Shown here piece after piece: positions 28,876-38,586 of a DNA stretch of 64,000 nucleotides. Each line of letters opens with the position of its first letter. The first letter of the stretch is position 1. A program made the position numbers and the translations under genes. Where the stretch lies: contig CAZDWN010000002.1 of assembly GCA_964509365.1 (NCBI GenBank), positions 231,671-295,670 of the forward strand, read 5' to 3'. The notes under the pieces were generated by a model. The model saw nothing but the letters and a program-made list of their open reading frames with translations. It was not told the DNA's origin and ran no database searches. Source of the stretch: an uncultured Pseudomonadales bacterium. GTDB taxonomy: Bacteria > Patescibacteriota > Microgenomatia > UBA1400 > UBA12028.

Positions 28876-29782
28876 AGCGTGCGCTTACACTCCCTAGCAC
28901 TGTCCCCCACATGACTGCGAAATCACTAACCACTTGGAGGAGAGGAAGCCAACCAAGCGCTTGCGGATCATTGACGTACCGGTAGTTTTTCTGGATAGCA
29001 TAGGCAAAGTACACAAGTAGAGCACCGATACCGAATGCCCAGTACCAGACTCCTACTGCTATTAGCAGCAGATATCGAAGATATATGGTGAGCACTTTCG
29101 GTCGAAAAGTCCGAGAATACGCATCTCCAAATGCATGCTCAAAGATCATGCGGGCAAATGCCCAGAGGTTTTTCCTCGGTCTCCACGTGACGATGGCCGC
29201 GGGCACGACGGTGATGGGTATGTGCTTCGCTTGAAGTCGCCTGGCGAACTCATAGTCTTCGGCATAGCGATAGTGTTCATTAAACGTTCCTACCTTCTCC
29301 CAAGCGGTCTTGGTGATCCCCATGCTTCGTGTTGCAGGTAAAAATGACTCGGTGTTGATCTTGTCAGGCATGACCAACACATATGGGATCTCGCACTTCT
29401 CAAATACGGATGAGTACTCCCCTTCGTAATACCCCGCGACGACATCAGATTTTTCAAAGCCTTTGATCATGTGCGCCACCCAATCAGGATGGAGGACGCA
29501 ACCCGCGTCGGTGATGAGGATATGCTCGTACGTCGCGGCCTCGATCGCTCGATTCCTTCCGACAGCTCGATTGGCACTTTGATGGAGCGTTATGATTTTG
29601 ACATCTGTACCCGATTTCTTGATCTCACTCACATCCCATGAGGCCGTGGGGAATGCCGAGTTCTCGCCAGCAACGGTGATGATGAGCTCGTCCACTTTTC
29701 GGGTTTGATTAGCAATTGAATCCAAAAGCCTGCTAATTGTTTTCGTTTCGTTTTTAGTCGTTATGATCAAGCTAATTCTCAT
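28868..29782 (-). CDS. glycosyltransferase family 2 with C-terminal TM helices
   Basis: ISLIITTKNE...ITDAGCVLHPDW, GT2 motifs. Confidence 0.7.
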   Translation of the reverse strand: MRISLIITTKNETKTISRLLDSIANQTRKVDELIITVAGENSAFPTASWDVSEIKKSGTDVKIITLHQSANRAVGRNRAIEAATYEHILITDAGCVLHPDWVAHMIKGFEKSDVVAGYYEGEYSSVFEKCEIPYVLVMPDKINTESFLPATRSMGITKTAWEKVGTFNEHYRYAEDYEFARRLQAKHIPITVVPAAIVTWRPRKNLWAFARMIFEHAFGDAYSRTFRPKVLTIYLRYLLLIAVGVWYWAFGIGALLVYFAYAIQKNYRYVNDPQALGWLPLLQVVSDFAVMWGTVLGSVSARFT

Positions 29783-29783
29783 A

Positions 29784-30797
29784 CTAATTCCATTTCCACA
29801 ATTTCTTGTACTTGAGATACACTCGATTCCACGTTTGCTGACGTGCCCATTGGTATGCATCATCAATTTGTTTTGTGTAGTCTTCGCTTTTGATCAAAGT
29901 CAGCGCTTGTTTGAGCTCAAGCTCCGAACGGACGATGACCATGTCTTGGGAGCGAGGATGTGCCATCAGGTAATCTACTTTTAGTTCGTCAGCAGCGTAT
30001 GCGACGACGAGAGTCCTGCATTGCATTGCCTCCACAATAGCCAGATAGGATGAGACACACGCGATGTCGTACTGTGGGAAAACGGCACAGCTATCGTCGA
30101 TAGTGCCAAGTTTTGACCCTGGTCCGAACATGTCCAACTGGCAATTGTCCAGTGACCTGATTACGTTCTCATAGATCCTTGCTCCCGTGTCTTGACTGAT
30201 TCTCCCGACGAAGACTCCTCTGATTTTTTTGGATTTTGGTAATTGGATTTTGAAATTTGGTAGACATTCTCCTCCTCCATACGTCACTTCGTCAGGTTTG
30301 GTGCCGTACCATTTCTCGATCCAGTATCCGACTGCCATGCTACCACTCGTCCAACGTTGGATCATCTGTCTAGTCCGCTTCGCTTTCGGATCAATGTAAA
30401 GCTCACGGCCTTCGCCCGCCGAAGTCTTGACGGAGGAGGGCTCAAAGCCATGGTACGTGATATAGACTTTTTTCCACGGAAACAGGATTCGGATTGGCCA
30501 ATACCAGAAGAAGACGTCGTGGATCTGGATGACGTCAGCTTGGATAAACGTCAATATGTGGGCCAGCATCCAGCTCCAGATCTCGATCCGTGCTTGGATT
30601 TTGCCTCCATTCGCAGTCACTCGGTGGACATTCACTCCATCGATTACTTCCTCGCTCTTAAGCTGCGAGTCGTGTTTGAGCGTGAATACGTCAACATGAT
30701 GACCGTCCTTGATCGCTTCCCTCGATATGCCAGACACATGTTTTTCTACTCCTCCGATGTGAGGGGCATACAGCCTGCATATCATTACAATCTTCAT
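29784..30797 (-). CDS. glycosyltransferase family 4 (GT-B fold)
   Basis: MKIVMICRLYAPHIGGVEKHV, the GT4 N-terminal signature. Confidence 0.7.
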   Translation of the reverse strand: MKIVMICRLYAPHIGGVEKHVSGISREAIKDGHHVDVFTLKHDSQLKSEEVIDGVNVHRVTANGGKIQARIEIWSWMLAHILTFIQADVIQIHDVFFWYWPIRILFPWKKVYITYHGFEPSSVKTSAGEGRELYIDPKAKRTRQMIQRWTSGSMAVGYWIEKWYGTKPDEVTYGGGECLPNFKIQLPKSKKIRGVFVGRISQDTGARIYENVIRSLDNCQLDMFGPGSKLGTIDDSCAVFPQYDIACVSSYLAIVEAMQCRTLVVAYAADELKVDYLMAHPRSQDMVIVRSELELKQALTLIKSEDYTKQIDDAYQWARQQTWNRVYLKYKKLWKWN

Positions 30798-30798
30798 A

Positions 30799-31602
30799 TT
30801 AGGTTTTCCGACAGAGTATTAGAATGTTATTGGGTTGCCATTTTGTTTGAAGAATGTACTTCGCAATAAATTTCTTCAAAAAGTATAACTTTGAAAACGC
30901 GTAGAAGACTTCAAAGCGCAAAATTTTAAACCCTGCAATTGTTAACTCAGCAAAAATCAATTCAGGTAGGTAGCATCGTAAATGTTCATTCGGATTATTT
31001 GGAAACATATTCTCAAGGCCTTCGTTCATTGGTACAGAAACTAGAAGATATCCGTCTTTTTTTAGCATATTGCTTAGATTCCCAAGTGCTTGGAATGTGT
31101 GTATTGGAGAAATATGTTCAAGAACCTCAAAAATACTAACAATTTCGTACGCATTTTTGTCATTTGAATGTAATCTTGCCAGAATATCTCGTTTGTCAAA
31201 TCTGAATCTAGGGAATTTCTTTGTCAATTTATCTAATGATTTTTGAGCCAAATCTACGCCCGTATGAGAGAAGTTCACATTTAATTTAGAAATCAAACTC
31301 TCAAAATTTCCATCGCCACAGCCGACATTGAGAGTAGATGCTTCTTCCGTTACAATGTCCGAAAACCACTTTGCAGCAGTATTATTTCTATCAATTTCCA
31401 TGAAGTTCTTTAGCTTTTTCTCGTGTGTGGACGAGAATTTATTGTCCCAAAAATCACCCGTATTTTTATTTTCTAGAAGTATCTTAGTCGAGTAAGTCAC
31501 TTTTAGTTCATCCAGCTTTCTATCACGAGCGAGAATGTTGCGCTTAGATTCCATTTCAAAATATCTTCGTGCATTATTTGTTATTGACATTGTTTTAATC
31601 AT
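30799..31602 (-). CDS. class I SAM-dependent methyltransferase (AT-rich gene)
   Basis: Motif [13 protein letters not shown]. The gene has a distinctly low GC content. Confidence 0.65.
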   Translation of the reverse strand: MIKTMSITNNARRYFEMESKRNILARDRKLDELKVTYSTKILLENKNTGDFWDNKFSSTHEKKLKNFMEIDRNNTAAKWFSDIVTEEASTLNVGCGDGNFESLISKLNVNFSHTGVDLAQKSLDKLTKKFPRFRFDKRDILARLHSNDKNAYEIVSIFEVLEHISPIHTFQALGNLSNMLKKDGYLLVSVPMNEGLENMFPNNPNEHLRCYLPELIFAELTIAGFKILRFEVFYAFSKLYFLKKFIAKYILQTKWQPNNILILCRKT

Positions 31603-31624
31603 AGATTTAGGATCAAGCTTACTG

Positions 31625-33538
31625 ATGAGCTATATTGCGCATAGACTAAGCGTTGCAATATTATTCTTTTCACTTTTAATTTACACAACAACAAAAATTG
31701 CTTTTGCTTCAACTATTATCTTTCAAGATGATTTTAGTGCTGGCCTGACTAAATGGGAACAGACAGAATCAGATGGGACAGTTTGGTCAGTCGCTAATGG
31801 ACGAGCTTATATCTCAACGTTCGGAAGTTCGAAAATTCATCAGCTATTACCGAAAATTTCAGAATGGAACGACCATTACACCAATCTTGATATCAATTTT
31901 GATCTTCTATCCACAAGTGGCTCAGATAAGAATTTCATTCTGAGATACAGATTTCCGGATGATTTTTACGAATTACATTTCAATGATAGTGTAGTTGCGC
32001 TTGACAGAACGCTTCCTTCGAACTCATACACGGCGCCCTTCACATTTGGCAACAATCTTGAGAGACATGTGGAGGTAAAGTACCGTATTGAGTCAATTGA
32101 AGTTTTTGTTGATGGCACACTTATAGCAACAAATTTAGATGCTTCCAATCCATACAACACAGGTCGAATCGGGTTGAGAGTGGCAAATTACAATAATGTT
32201 TACTTTGACAATATTGTGGTGACGGGGGAGGATCCGGTCCCCACCCCTACTCCTAGCCCAACTCCTACCGCAGTGCCAACTACGACGCCGACAGCGACAC
32301 CAGCTCCCACCACGACACCGACTCCTACTCCAATCGTGACTGCCAGCCCGTCGCCAACACTAAGTCCGACGCCGACTCCATTGCCAACTCCGTACGTCTT
32401 TCCTGCCTTTTACCAAACAGATCCACTATGGAAGTCCGAGACTTATGACAATGCGTCGACTTGGAATCTGCTCGATCCTTCCTTCGGTCGCTGGGGGTGC
32501 GCTGTGACGTCTGCCGCGATGATCCTCAAATACTACGGCATCGCTACTTTGCCAAATGGACTTGGTACGACACCAGGGAATTTGAATGTGTGGCTGAAAT
32601 CGTATCCTGGTGGATACGTGAATGAAGGCTTGCTCAACTGGCAAGCGGTCTCAAAAGTGACTGCGCTCATGCATATTACGAATCCGTTTTGGACCAAACT
32701 CGAATATAGTTGGGGTAATGGCTCCCTCTCGGCACTTTCGACTGAACTCACCAGTGGCCGCCCCACTATCTTGCAAGTCCTCCCAGGGCATTTTGTAACC
32801 GCGTATCAGCTGGGCAGCGCAAACAAAATCGATATCGTCGACCCATACTTTGCAAAGACGACACTAGCGCAATACGGAAGTACTTTTGTCTCCATGCGAA
32901 AGTTTCAACCATCATTTACAGACTTAAGTCACTTGACGTTGTATCTGAGCGAAGATAACCAGATATCTCTGGAGCGACAAAAAGGCAACAGATTTGAACT
33001 CACGTCCGCCAATAGCTTCACGGAACAACTCTGGGGGCAGCCAGGCAATGTCCCATCGGGTCCGATCAGTCGAGTGCTCGATCTTGCCAGGCCAGAGGAC
33101 GGAAAATATCGCTACAAGTTTTCTAAAAAAACAGCAGGCATGACTCGCTTCACATATTTTTCGACGAATAGAGACGGTGAGCAAAGCAGCCAAAGTGGCA
33201 AATTACTCGTTGGCAAAGATCCAAGATACGCCACACTGACCTATGTGAAGTCAGCTACCAGCTCTGCAGAGCTATCATTCCTTGTCGACTTTGACACGCT
33301 GGACCAAGATTATGAGATCGCCAAAGTGAGCGGGGGAGTCAGACAAAAATATGACTGCAAAGATATTACGGTACTTCTCCATTTGGCAGATGCGTTCTAT
33401 CCACGCAATCGTCTAGCTTCACGGGCGGGCTTCGAGCTCTTCGTACGAGCGTATGAAGCGCAACGTTCACGGTTCGAAACTGAAGTGTACGCTCTTATCC
33501 AGCAAGATATCCTTCGAGCCAGATCTCAGCTATTCTAA
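31625..33538 (+). CDS. secreted multidomain protein: LamG/concanavalin-like domain, Pro/Thr linker, peptidase C39-like (papain-fold) domain, and a C-terminal domain (ORF could begin at 31535)
   Basis: Signal peptide [31 protein letters not shown]-rich linker ([21 protein letters not shown]...). The stretch [18 protein letters not shown] matches the catalytic-Cys region of C39 peptidases. Confidence 0.6.
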   Translation: MSYIAHRLSVAILFFSLLIYTTTKIAFASTIIFQDDFSAGLTKWEQTESDGTVWSVANGRAYISTFGSSKIHQLLPKISEWNDHYTNLDINFDLLSTSGSDKNFILRYRFPDDFYELHFNDSVVALDRTLPSNSYTAPFTFGNNLERHVEVKYRIESIEVFVDGTLIATNLDASNPYNTGRIGLRVANYNNVYFDNIVVTGEDPVPTPTPSPTPTAVPTTTPTATPAPTTTPTPTPIVTASPSPTLSPTPTPLPTPYVFPAFYQTDPLWKSETYDNASTWNLLDPSFGRWGCAVTSAAMILKYYGIATLPNGLGTTPGNLNVWLKSYPGGYVNEGLLNWQAVSKVTALMHITNPFWTKLEYSWGNGSLSALSTELTSGRPTILQVLPGHFVTAYQLGSANKIDIVDPYFAKTTLAQYGSTFVSMRKFQPSFTDLSHLTLYLSEDNQISLERQKGNRFELTSANSFTEQLWGQPGNVPSGPISRVLDLARPEDGKYRYKFSKKTAGMTRFTYFSTNRDGEQSSQSGKLLVGKDPRYATLTYVKSATSSAELSFLVDFDTLDQDYEIAKVSGGVRQKYDCKDITVLLHLADAFYPRNRLASRAGFELFVRAYEAQRSRFETEVYALIQQDILRARSQLF

Positions 33539-33642
33539 AGGCACCCCCTTGCTTCTATTTACCAGAGGATCCATTCTATTGACTTGGCATTCTCTCGAAT
33601 TCTTCTGATATACTCTGGCCGTACTGTCGACAGGAGATCACT

Positions 33643-34389
33643 ATGCCCGAATATGGAAAAAAGACACCCGACGAAATCAAAAAAGAAATTCTCAAGCATT
33701 CACTTGAAAAGAATCCTAATATTCCGAATGTGATTGCGTCTGCCATCTTCAATGGAAGCGATCAAAAAATATACGAGTTGAACGATACAGAACTCGCTCA
33801 GCTACTGCGCACATCCCCAAAACAGAAAATAAATGAATTCTATGATGAACTTCTGCTACATCCAGAACGCTATAATGACGAGTATATCAACCTCGTTTTG
33901 GCACCGTATGGGTATTCCTCAGAAGAATTACATATTTTTTTACAAATCATTCGAAAATCAATTTCCATTCAGACTTCAGCAAGGATTCAAACGATAGATT
34001 ATGCTCACAAAAGTGCAGAAGAACTCATGCACATCGCCACTTCACCGCGCGAGCCTGCCATAGTTGAATTTACATTTTTTCATAAGGAGTTTTTACATAC
34101 AATTGGCGAACTCGCTTATATTCTGGAGCTTTGCGATGACCCAAGGACCTTTAATCGCTTAGGAATACTCCCAACAGGGATGATCAACAAACTGCTTCTC
34201 ATCGAGAGTAATGACTGGCTTCATGATCGAATCATCGCTATCCAAAAGAATATGATCACACGAGCAGAGAATGACAATATACGCAAAATTCCGAGAACAA
34301 TTACTGATCGTGAAGTCCAGTCATACCGGACGTATTTAGTAAAGGAAGCCGAAAGACTCAGCGTACTTCAGGCTCCAAAATCACCATAA
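33643..34389 (+). CDS. hypothetical protein (248 aa), AT-rich
   Basis: ORF only. Confidence 0.4.
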   Translation: MPEYGKKTPDEIKKEILKHSLEKNPNIPNVIASAIFNGSDQKIYELNDTELAQLLRTSPKQKINEFYDELLLHPERYNDEYINLVLAPYGYSSEELHIFLQIIRKSISIQTSARIQTIDYAHKSAEELMHIATSPREPAIVEFTFFHKEFLHTIGELAYILELCDDPRTFNRLGILPTGMINKLLLIESNDWLHDRIIAIQKNMITRAENDNIRKIPRTITDREVQSYRTYLVKEAERLSVLQAPKSP

Positions 34390-34403
34390 GTTATACTATA
34401 CGA

Positions 34404-35522
34404 ATGGCTTTTGATTGGTTTTCGCTCCCACGTCCGATTGTAGGACTCTCCGCGATGGATGGGGTGACTGATGCAGCGATGCGTCAGATCACCAAAGAAG
34501 TCTCTGACCCCACCTTCATGGTGACGGAGTTTACCTCTGCAGATGGCCTGGCCTATGGCGTGAGCAAGTTGCTTCGCGATTTCTACTTCACTCCGGCGCA
34601 GCGTCCGCTGATCGCGCAAATTTTTGGTGCAGATCCAGAGAAATTTTATATAGCTTCGGTTATTTGTTGCTACTTGGGATTTGATGGCATTGACATCAAT
34701 ATGGGGTGTCCCGCCGATTCCATCGCCAAAAAAGGTGGGGGAGCATCACTCATTCTAAACCCTCCACTTGCCAAAGAGATTGTGCGACATGTACAGCGAG
34801 CAGTAGAGGATTGGACAAATGGGATTCAAATTGAAGATGTTCATTTGAAACCTGAATTTGAGAAGCTCCTCAAAGATCGAATTTCACTCTCCCCTGACGA
34901 CTCATCACTCTCCACTCGTTCCAGGTCTCCCCTGCCGATCTCGATTAAGACTCGCATTGGGTATGACCATCCCGTGACGGTCGAATGGGTGAAGCATCTG
35001 CTCGAAGTCTCCCCTGCTGTTATCACGCTGCACGGTCGTACACTCGAGCAGCATTATGGTGGTGAGGCGAATTGGGATGAGATCACCAAGGCATCGGAGT
35101 ATGTACACTCGCAAACAAAGCAGACGCTCTTATTTGGAAATGGTGATTTGACGACGCCAGAGCAAATAGTTGAAAAGACAAAAGCATCAAGAGTCGATGG
35201 AGTTTGGATTGGTCGTGCGGCGATGGGCAATCCCTGGATCTTCAAGCAATACAGACAATTTTTGGCCGCAGGATCATATGACTCACCATCGCTTGATGAG
35301 CGATTTGAGGTTGCGATCCGACATGCCGAGATCTTTGAACAGTACAATCGGACAGCCTTTGCAGATGATCCGTATCCGTTCCTCAATATGCGAAAGCACT
35401 TGGGATGGTACGTCAAAGGATTTCCCAATGCGACTGAAGCGCGAGCGAAGTTGTTCCAATCAAACTCCCCTGATGACGTCAGGACAATCCTACAATCGAT
35501 TCGGACTTCTTCCGCTGTGTGA
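34404..35522 (+). CDS. tRNA-dihydrouridine synthase (Dus family) carrying an internal Ser-rich insertion
   Basis: GLSAMDGVTDAAMRQI...IDINMGCPA motifs of the Dus family. Confidence 0.8.
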   Translation: MAFDWFSLPRPIVGLSAMDGVTDAAMRQITKEVSDPTFMVTEFTSADGLAYGVSKLLRDFYFTPAQRPLIAQIFGADPEKFYIASVICCYLGFDGIDINMGCPADSIAKKGGGASLILNPPLAKEIVRHVQRAVEDWTNGIQIEDVHLKPEFEKLLKDRISLSPDDSSLSTRSRSPLPISIKTRIGYDHPVTVEWVKHLLEVSPAVITLHGRTLEQHYGGEANWDEITKASEYVHSQTKQTLLFGNGDLTTPEQIVEKTKASRVDGVWIGRAAMGNPWIFKQYRQFLAAGSYDSPSLDERFEVAIRHAEIFEQYNRTAFADDPYPFLNMRKHLGWYVKGFPNATEARAKLFQSNSPDDVRTILQSIRTSSAV

Positions 35523-35594
35523 TTTGGCTCACCGCCACTCCGTCTTTTCTGTGGTATTCTTCCTCTTTCGCCTTACCGGCAGATTGGAGTTTGT

Positions 35595-35924
35595 ATGGGA
35601 AGTAGAATTGAAAGTCTGATCCGAAAACATCATCAAGAGCAAGCGGATTCAAGATTCCGCATTGTCAGAGTGACACATGAAGTCATTCAAAAAGCCACAT
35701 ATGGAGTTTTAACTGAAAAAGAAGTGCAATTGCTTCGTAAGGAAGTACTCTTTCTCGTAAATAATGAAGCCGAAAATGTGGATCTTCCGATTAGTTCACC
35801 TAGAGCTGTACACAACGCTAGTGACGAGGTGATCGATGCAAAAAATGTATTAAAGACCAGGCCGGAAAAACAATTCGGTCCAATCATTTTCAATGCTATT
35901 GATCGAGGCATGAATAGAGAGTAG
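35595..35924 (+). CDS. hypothetical small protein (109 aa)
   Basis: ORF only. Confidence 0.3.
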   Translation: MGSRIESLIRKHHQEQADSRFRIVRVTHEVIQKATYGVLTEKEVQLLRKEVLFLVNNEAENVDLPISSPRAVHNASDEVIDAKNVLKTRPEKQFGPIIFNAIDRGMNRE

Positions 35925-35934
35925 TAACTCCGAT

Positions 35935-36957
35935 TTATCGGGATGCCAAAGTGAGATTTGGATCGCGGTCAAAGTCCAGAGAATTGGGTTCATGGTGAGC
36001 AGCGGCAATACCGATCATGGCAGCATTGTCGGTGCACAACCGAGAAGTGTAAGGGAAATAGACAGGTAGATCATGACTTTTCCCAAAGGCCCGTAGTGCC
36101 TTCCGCACTTCAAGATTTTTGATCACTCCACCTCCCACGATGATCGAGGTGAGCTCTCTATTTGCGATCGCATACTCGAGTTTCTCAGTAAGATGTTTGA
36201 TCGCGGCGGTTTGAAATGCCAGTGCGATATCAGCGATGTTTTGCCGTGTGAGGTTGGGATACGATGCGACGATCCGTGACGCTGCCGTCTTGAGTCCCGA
36301 AAAACTCATATCACTACTATGGATTTGGCGCATCGGGACCGGAAACTTCACAGCTCCCGGAGTCCCTTCCCTGGCAATCTTCTCAAGGAAAGGTCCAGCC
36401 GGATATCCGAGCCCTAGCATTCTTCCGATCTTGTCATAGGCTTCCCCCATCGCATCATCCAATGTCTTCCCCACGATCTCATACTCTCCAACCGCTTTTG
36501 CATAGACAAATTGCGTATTTCCTCCTGAAAGTATCACACCCATGATCGGAAATTGAGAATTGAAAATTGAAAATTGAGAATTCTTTCGTTTTGGCTGCGC
36601 CAAAAACGAAAGCAAGTGTCCTTCTAGATGATTGACCGCGATGATTGGCTTTTTATACTTCAGTGCCAGTTCTTTTGCTTTGGCGATGCCCACCTCCAGA
36701 CAAATCGAAAGACCTGGTCCTCGGGTGACCGCGATGCGATCGATGTCGTCCCAAGTTTTGTGAGCCCGTTTGAGCGCGAGCGCTATCACCGCATCGATAT
36801 GATCTTCATGAGATTTTCGAGCCAGTCGAGGCACGATGCCTCCATATTCCAGATGGAGTGAGAGGTCGGTTGTCAGGACATTCGAGAGGATGGTCGTGTC
36901 TTGCGTGACTGCGACGGCAGTGTCATCAAAGGAGGTGTCGATAGCGAGCATGGTCAT
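35935..36957 (-). CDS. tsaD: tRNA N6-adenosine threonylcarbamoyltransferase
   Basis: MLAIDTSFDDTAVAV...HLEGH...VILSGG, as in TsaD. The gene contains a heptanucleotide-repeat-encoded insertion KNSQFSIFNSQF. Confidence 0.85.
   Translation of the reverse strand: MTMLAIDTSFDDTAVAVTQDTTILSNVLTTDLSLHLEYGGIVPRLARKSHEDHIDAVIALALKRAHKTWDDIDRIAVTRGPGLSICLEVGIAKAKELALKYKKPIIAVNHLEGHLLSFLAQPKRKNSQFSIFNSQFPIMGVILSGGNTQFVYAKAVGEYEIVGKTLDDAMGEAYDKIGRMLGLGYPAGPFLEKIAREGTPGAVKFPVPMRQIHSSDMSFSGLKTAASRIVASYPNLTRQNIADIALAFQTAAIKHLTEKLEYAIANRELTSIIVGGGVIKNLEVRKALRAFGKSHDLPVYFPYTSRLCTDNAAMIGIAAAHHEPNSLDFDRDPNLTLASR
36549..36583. repeat. 5 x 7-nt tandem array (GAAATTG AGAATTG AAAATTG AAAATTG AGAATTC) inside tsaD
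   Basis: Direct reading of the sequence. It encodes KNSQFSIFNSQF in-frame. Confidence 0.75.
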
Positions 36958-38030
36958 ACAGTGTAGGAAATGAGGCGATCATTCTCGGCCTCACCGAGTT
37001 TGATATGCACACGGATGATTTTTGCTTGGGCCTCATATTTTTTGAAGTCATCATGGAATCGATCCGCCCACTCGAGCGCAATGACTGCATTTGTAGTGAT
37101 TGCATCATCAAGTCCGATATCAGTGAGTTCATGAAAGTGCTGAAGTTTCCAGCAGTCGATATGGACAAATGTCCCCGGCATGCTTTCATTTTCAAATTCA
37201 AATTCATTCGCGATCGCATACGTCGGCGAGCTCACCGACTCCGTGATACCCAGGCCTTTAGCAATTCCTTGGATGGCGTGCGTCTTCCCGGCCCCCATCT
37301 CACCAGAAAACAAAAAGAAGACTGGAGTGTAGGTGTAGTACGAGCGAAATCGCTTCACAAATTGGGTAAACCAGTTCACTGTCTCTTCTTCACTGTGGCT
37401 GACATACGTCTCCGATGAGACAAAGTTTGCCGCTCCTTGCCGCAGTACTTGGATATCGTCCACCGTTGTGTCGATGACCGTGCTCGGTTCATTGTGTGGC
37501 AGTTCGCCGATATCGATCACCAAATCAATGAGCGCCTGCTGCGACTGCGAAGTATTGTCGAGGATGTCTTGGATCGTGTAGGGTCGCTTTTTGTTTGAAG
37601 CATTGGCGCCAGTCGCGCTGATACCGTGTCCAAACGCAGCGATCAGAGCAAGTGCCAGATCGTGTTTTGGGATACGGATACCTATTTTCCCATCTGTAGA
37701 CGCGATGCCAGGGGCGACCACGCCGTTTCCAGTGGAGATCACTGTGACTGGCCCTGGCAAGAATCGCTCATACACACCCTCAGCAGTATGATTGAGCGAT
37801 ACATATCGCTGCGCCATTGTCTTGTCAGTGACGGCGACAGAGATTGGCTTGCCGTCTCGTTTGCCTTTGTAGTCGAGGAGTTTTTGGACCGCTTCAGAGT
37901 TTTCCACATCGACCGCGACTCCATACGTCGTCTCCGTCGGATAGATGACGATTCCTCCAGACCGCAAGACACGTACCGCTTCACTGAGAATGTCTGCTTC
38001 CTTGGTGGTTTTCGATTGGATGATCGTCAC
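36954..38030 (-). CDS. fusion protein: TsaC/Sua5/YrdC threonylcarbamoyl-AMP synthase (N-terminal) plus TsaE/YjeE P-loop ATPase (C-terminal)
   Basis: N-terminus IVIYPTETTYGVAVD, the YrdC motif. C-terminus FSGEMGAGKT...SPTYAIANEF...HIDCWKL, the TsaE Walker A and conserved motifs. Confidence 0.75.
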   Translation of the reverse strand: MTIIQSKTTKEADILSEAVRVLRSGGIVIYPTETTYGVAVDVENSEAVQKLLDYKGKRDGKPISVAVTDKTMAQRYVSLNHTAEGVYERFLPGPVTVISTGNGVVAPGIASTDGKIGIRIPKHDLALALIAAFGHGISATGANASNKKRPYTIQDILDNTSQSQQALIDLVIDIGELPHNEPSTVIDTTVDDIQVLRQGAANFVSSETYVSHSEEETVNWFTQFVKRFRSYYTYTPVFFLFSGEMGAGKTHAIQGIAKGLGITESVSSPTYAIANEFEFENESMPGTFVHIDCWKLQHFHELTDIGLDDAITTNAVIALEWADRFHDDFKKYEAQAKIIRVHIKLGEAENDRLISYTV

Positions 38031-38056
38031 TTGGGTATTATACTATCTTCTTACCT

Positions 38057-38410
38057 ATGGCAGTCATCGAAGCGAAATTTTCTAGCCCGCTCCTCATTCC
38101 TCAAGGCAAAGATGTACTCAAATTTGGAGCTCAATATGTGGATGATGCTAGGTTGACTCAATACATTCCTCCGGAGGGAGCAGTCATCAAGACCCCGAGT
38201 CTGTACAAACCAGATCATCTCTTTGATCTTCGGACAATCGATGACTTCAAAGCTCTTCTTCGAGTTTCGAGTCCATATGACAAACTTATCGAAGAAATCT
38301 TGCTGACAGAAGATAATCCCATTTATGCCGTCTCTGGACGGGATTTTCTTGATCAGCAGTTGCTCTTTTCTTTGATATTCATTTGGGACCTGGAAGATCC
38401 GACTAAATAG
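38057..38410 (+). CDS. hypothetical protein (117 aa)
   Basis: ORF only, with no obvious ribosome-binding site. Confidence 0.3.
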   Translation: MAVIEAKFSSPLLIPQGKDVLKFGAQYVDDARLTQYIPPEGAVIKTPSLYKPDHLFDLRTIDDFKALLRVSSPYDKLIEEILLTEDNPIYAVSGRDFLDQQLLFSLIFIWDLEDPTK

Positions 38411-38451
38411 TTCAATCACTTCGAAGTCCTGGTATAATTAAGAGTAGGAAA

Positions 38452-38528
38452 TGGACTTGTAGCTCAGCTGGTTAGAGCGCACGATTCACATTCGTGAGGT
38501 CAGAGGTTCGATCCCTCTCAGGTCCACC
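38452..38528 (+). tRNA. tRNA-Val (anticodon CAC), CCA encoded
   Basis: GGACUUGUAGCUCAGCUGGUUAGAGC. Anticodon stem CACGA/UCGUG with loop UUCACAU. Ends in ACCA. Confidence 0.85.
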
Positions 38529-38586
38529 AAAAAAAATCGCTGTTTGGAAAATAAGACTCCAACGTCACTGTAGTATACTGACTCGT

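Noticed and set aside
29771-29815. A fifth heptamer array at the GT2/GT4 junction (aattctc/aattcca/tttccac)
   Set aside because: The periodicity is too degenerate to distinguish from chance. It is mentioned only as a weak echo of the tsaD array.
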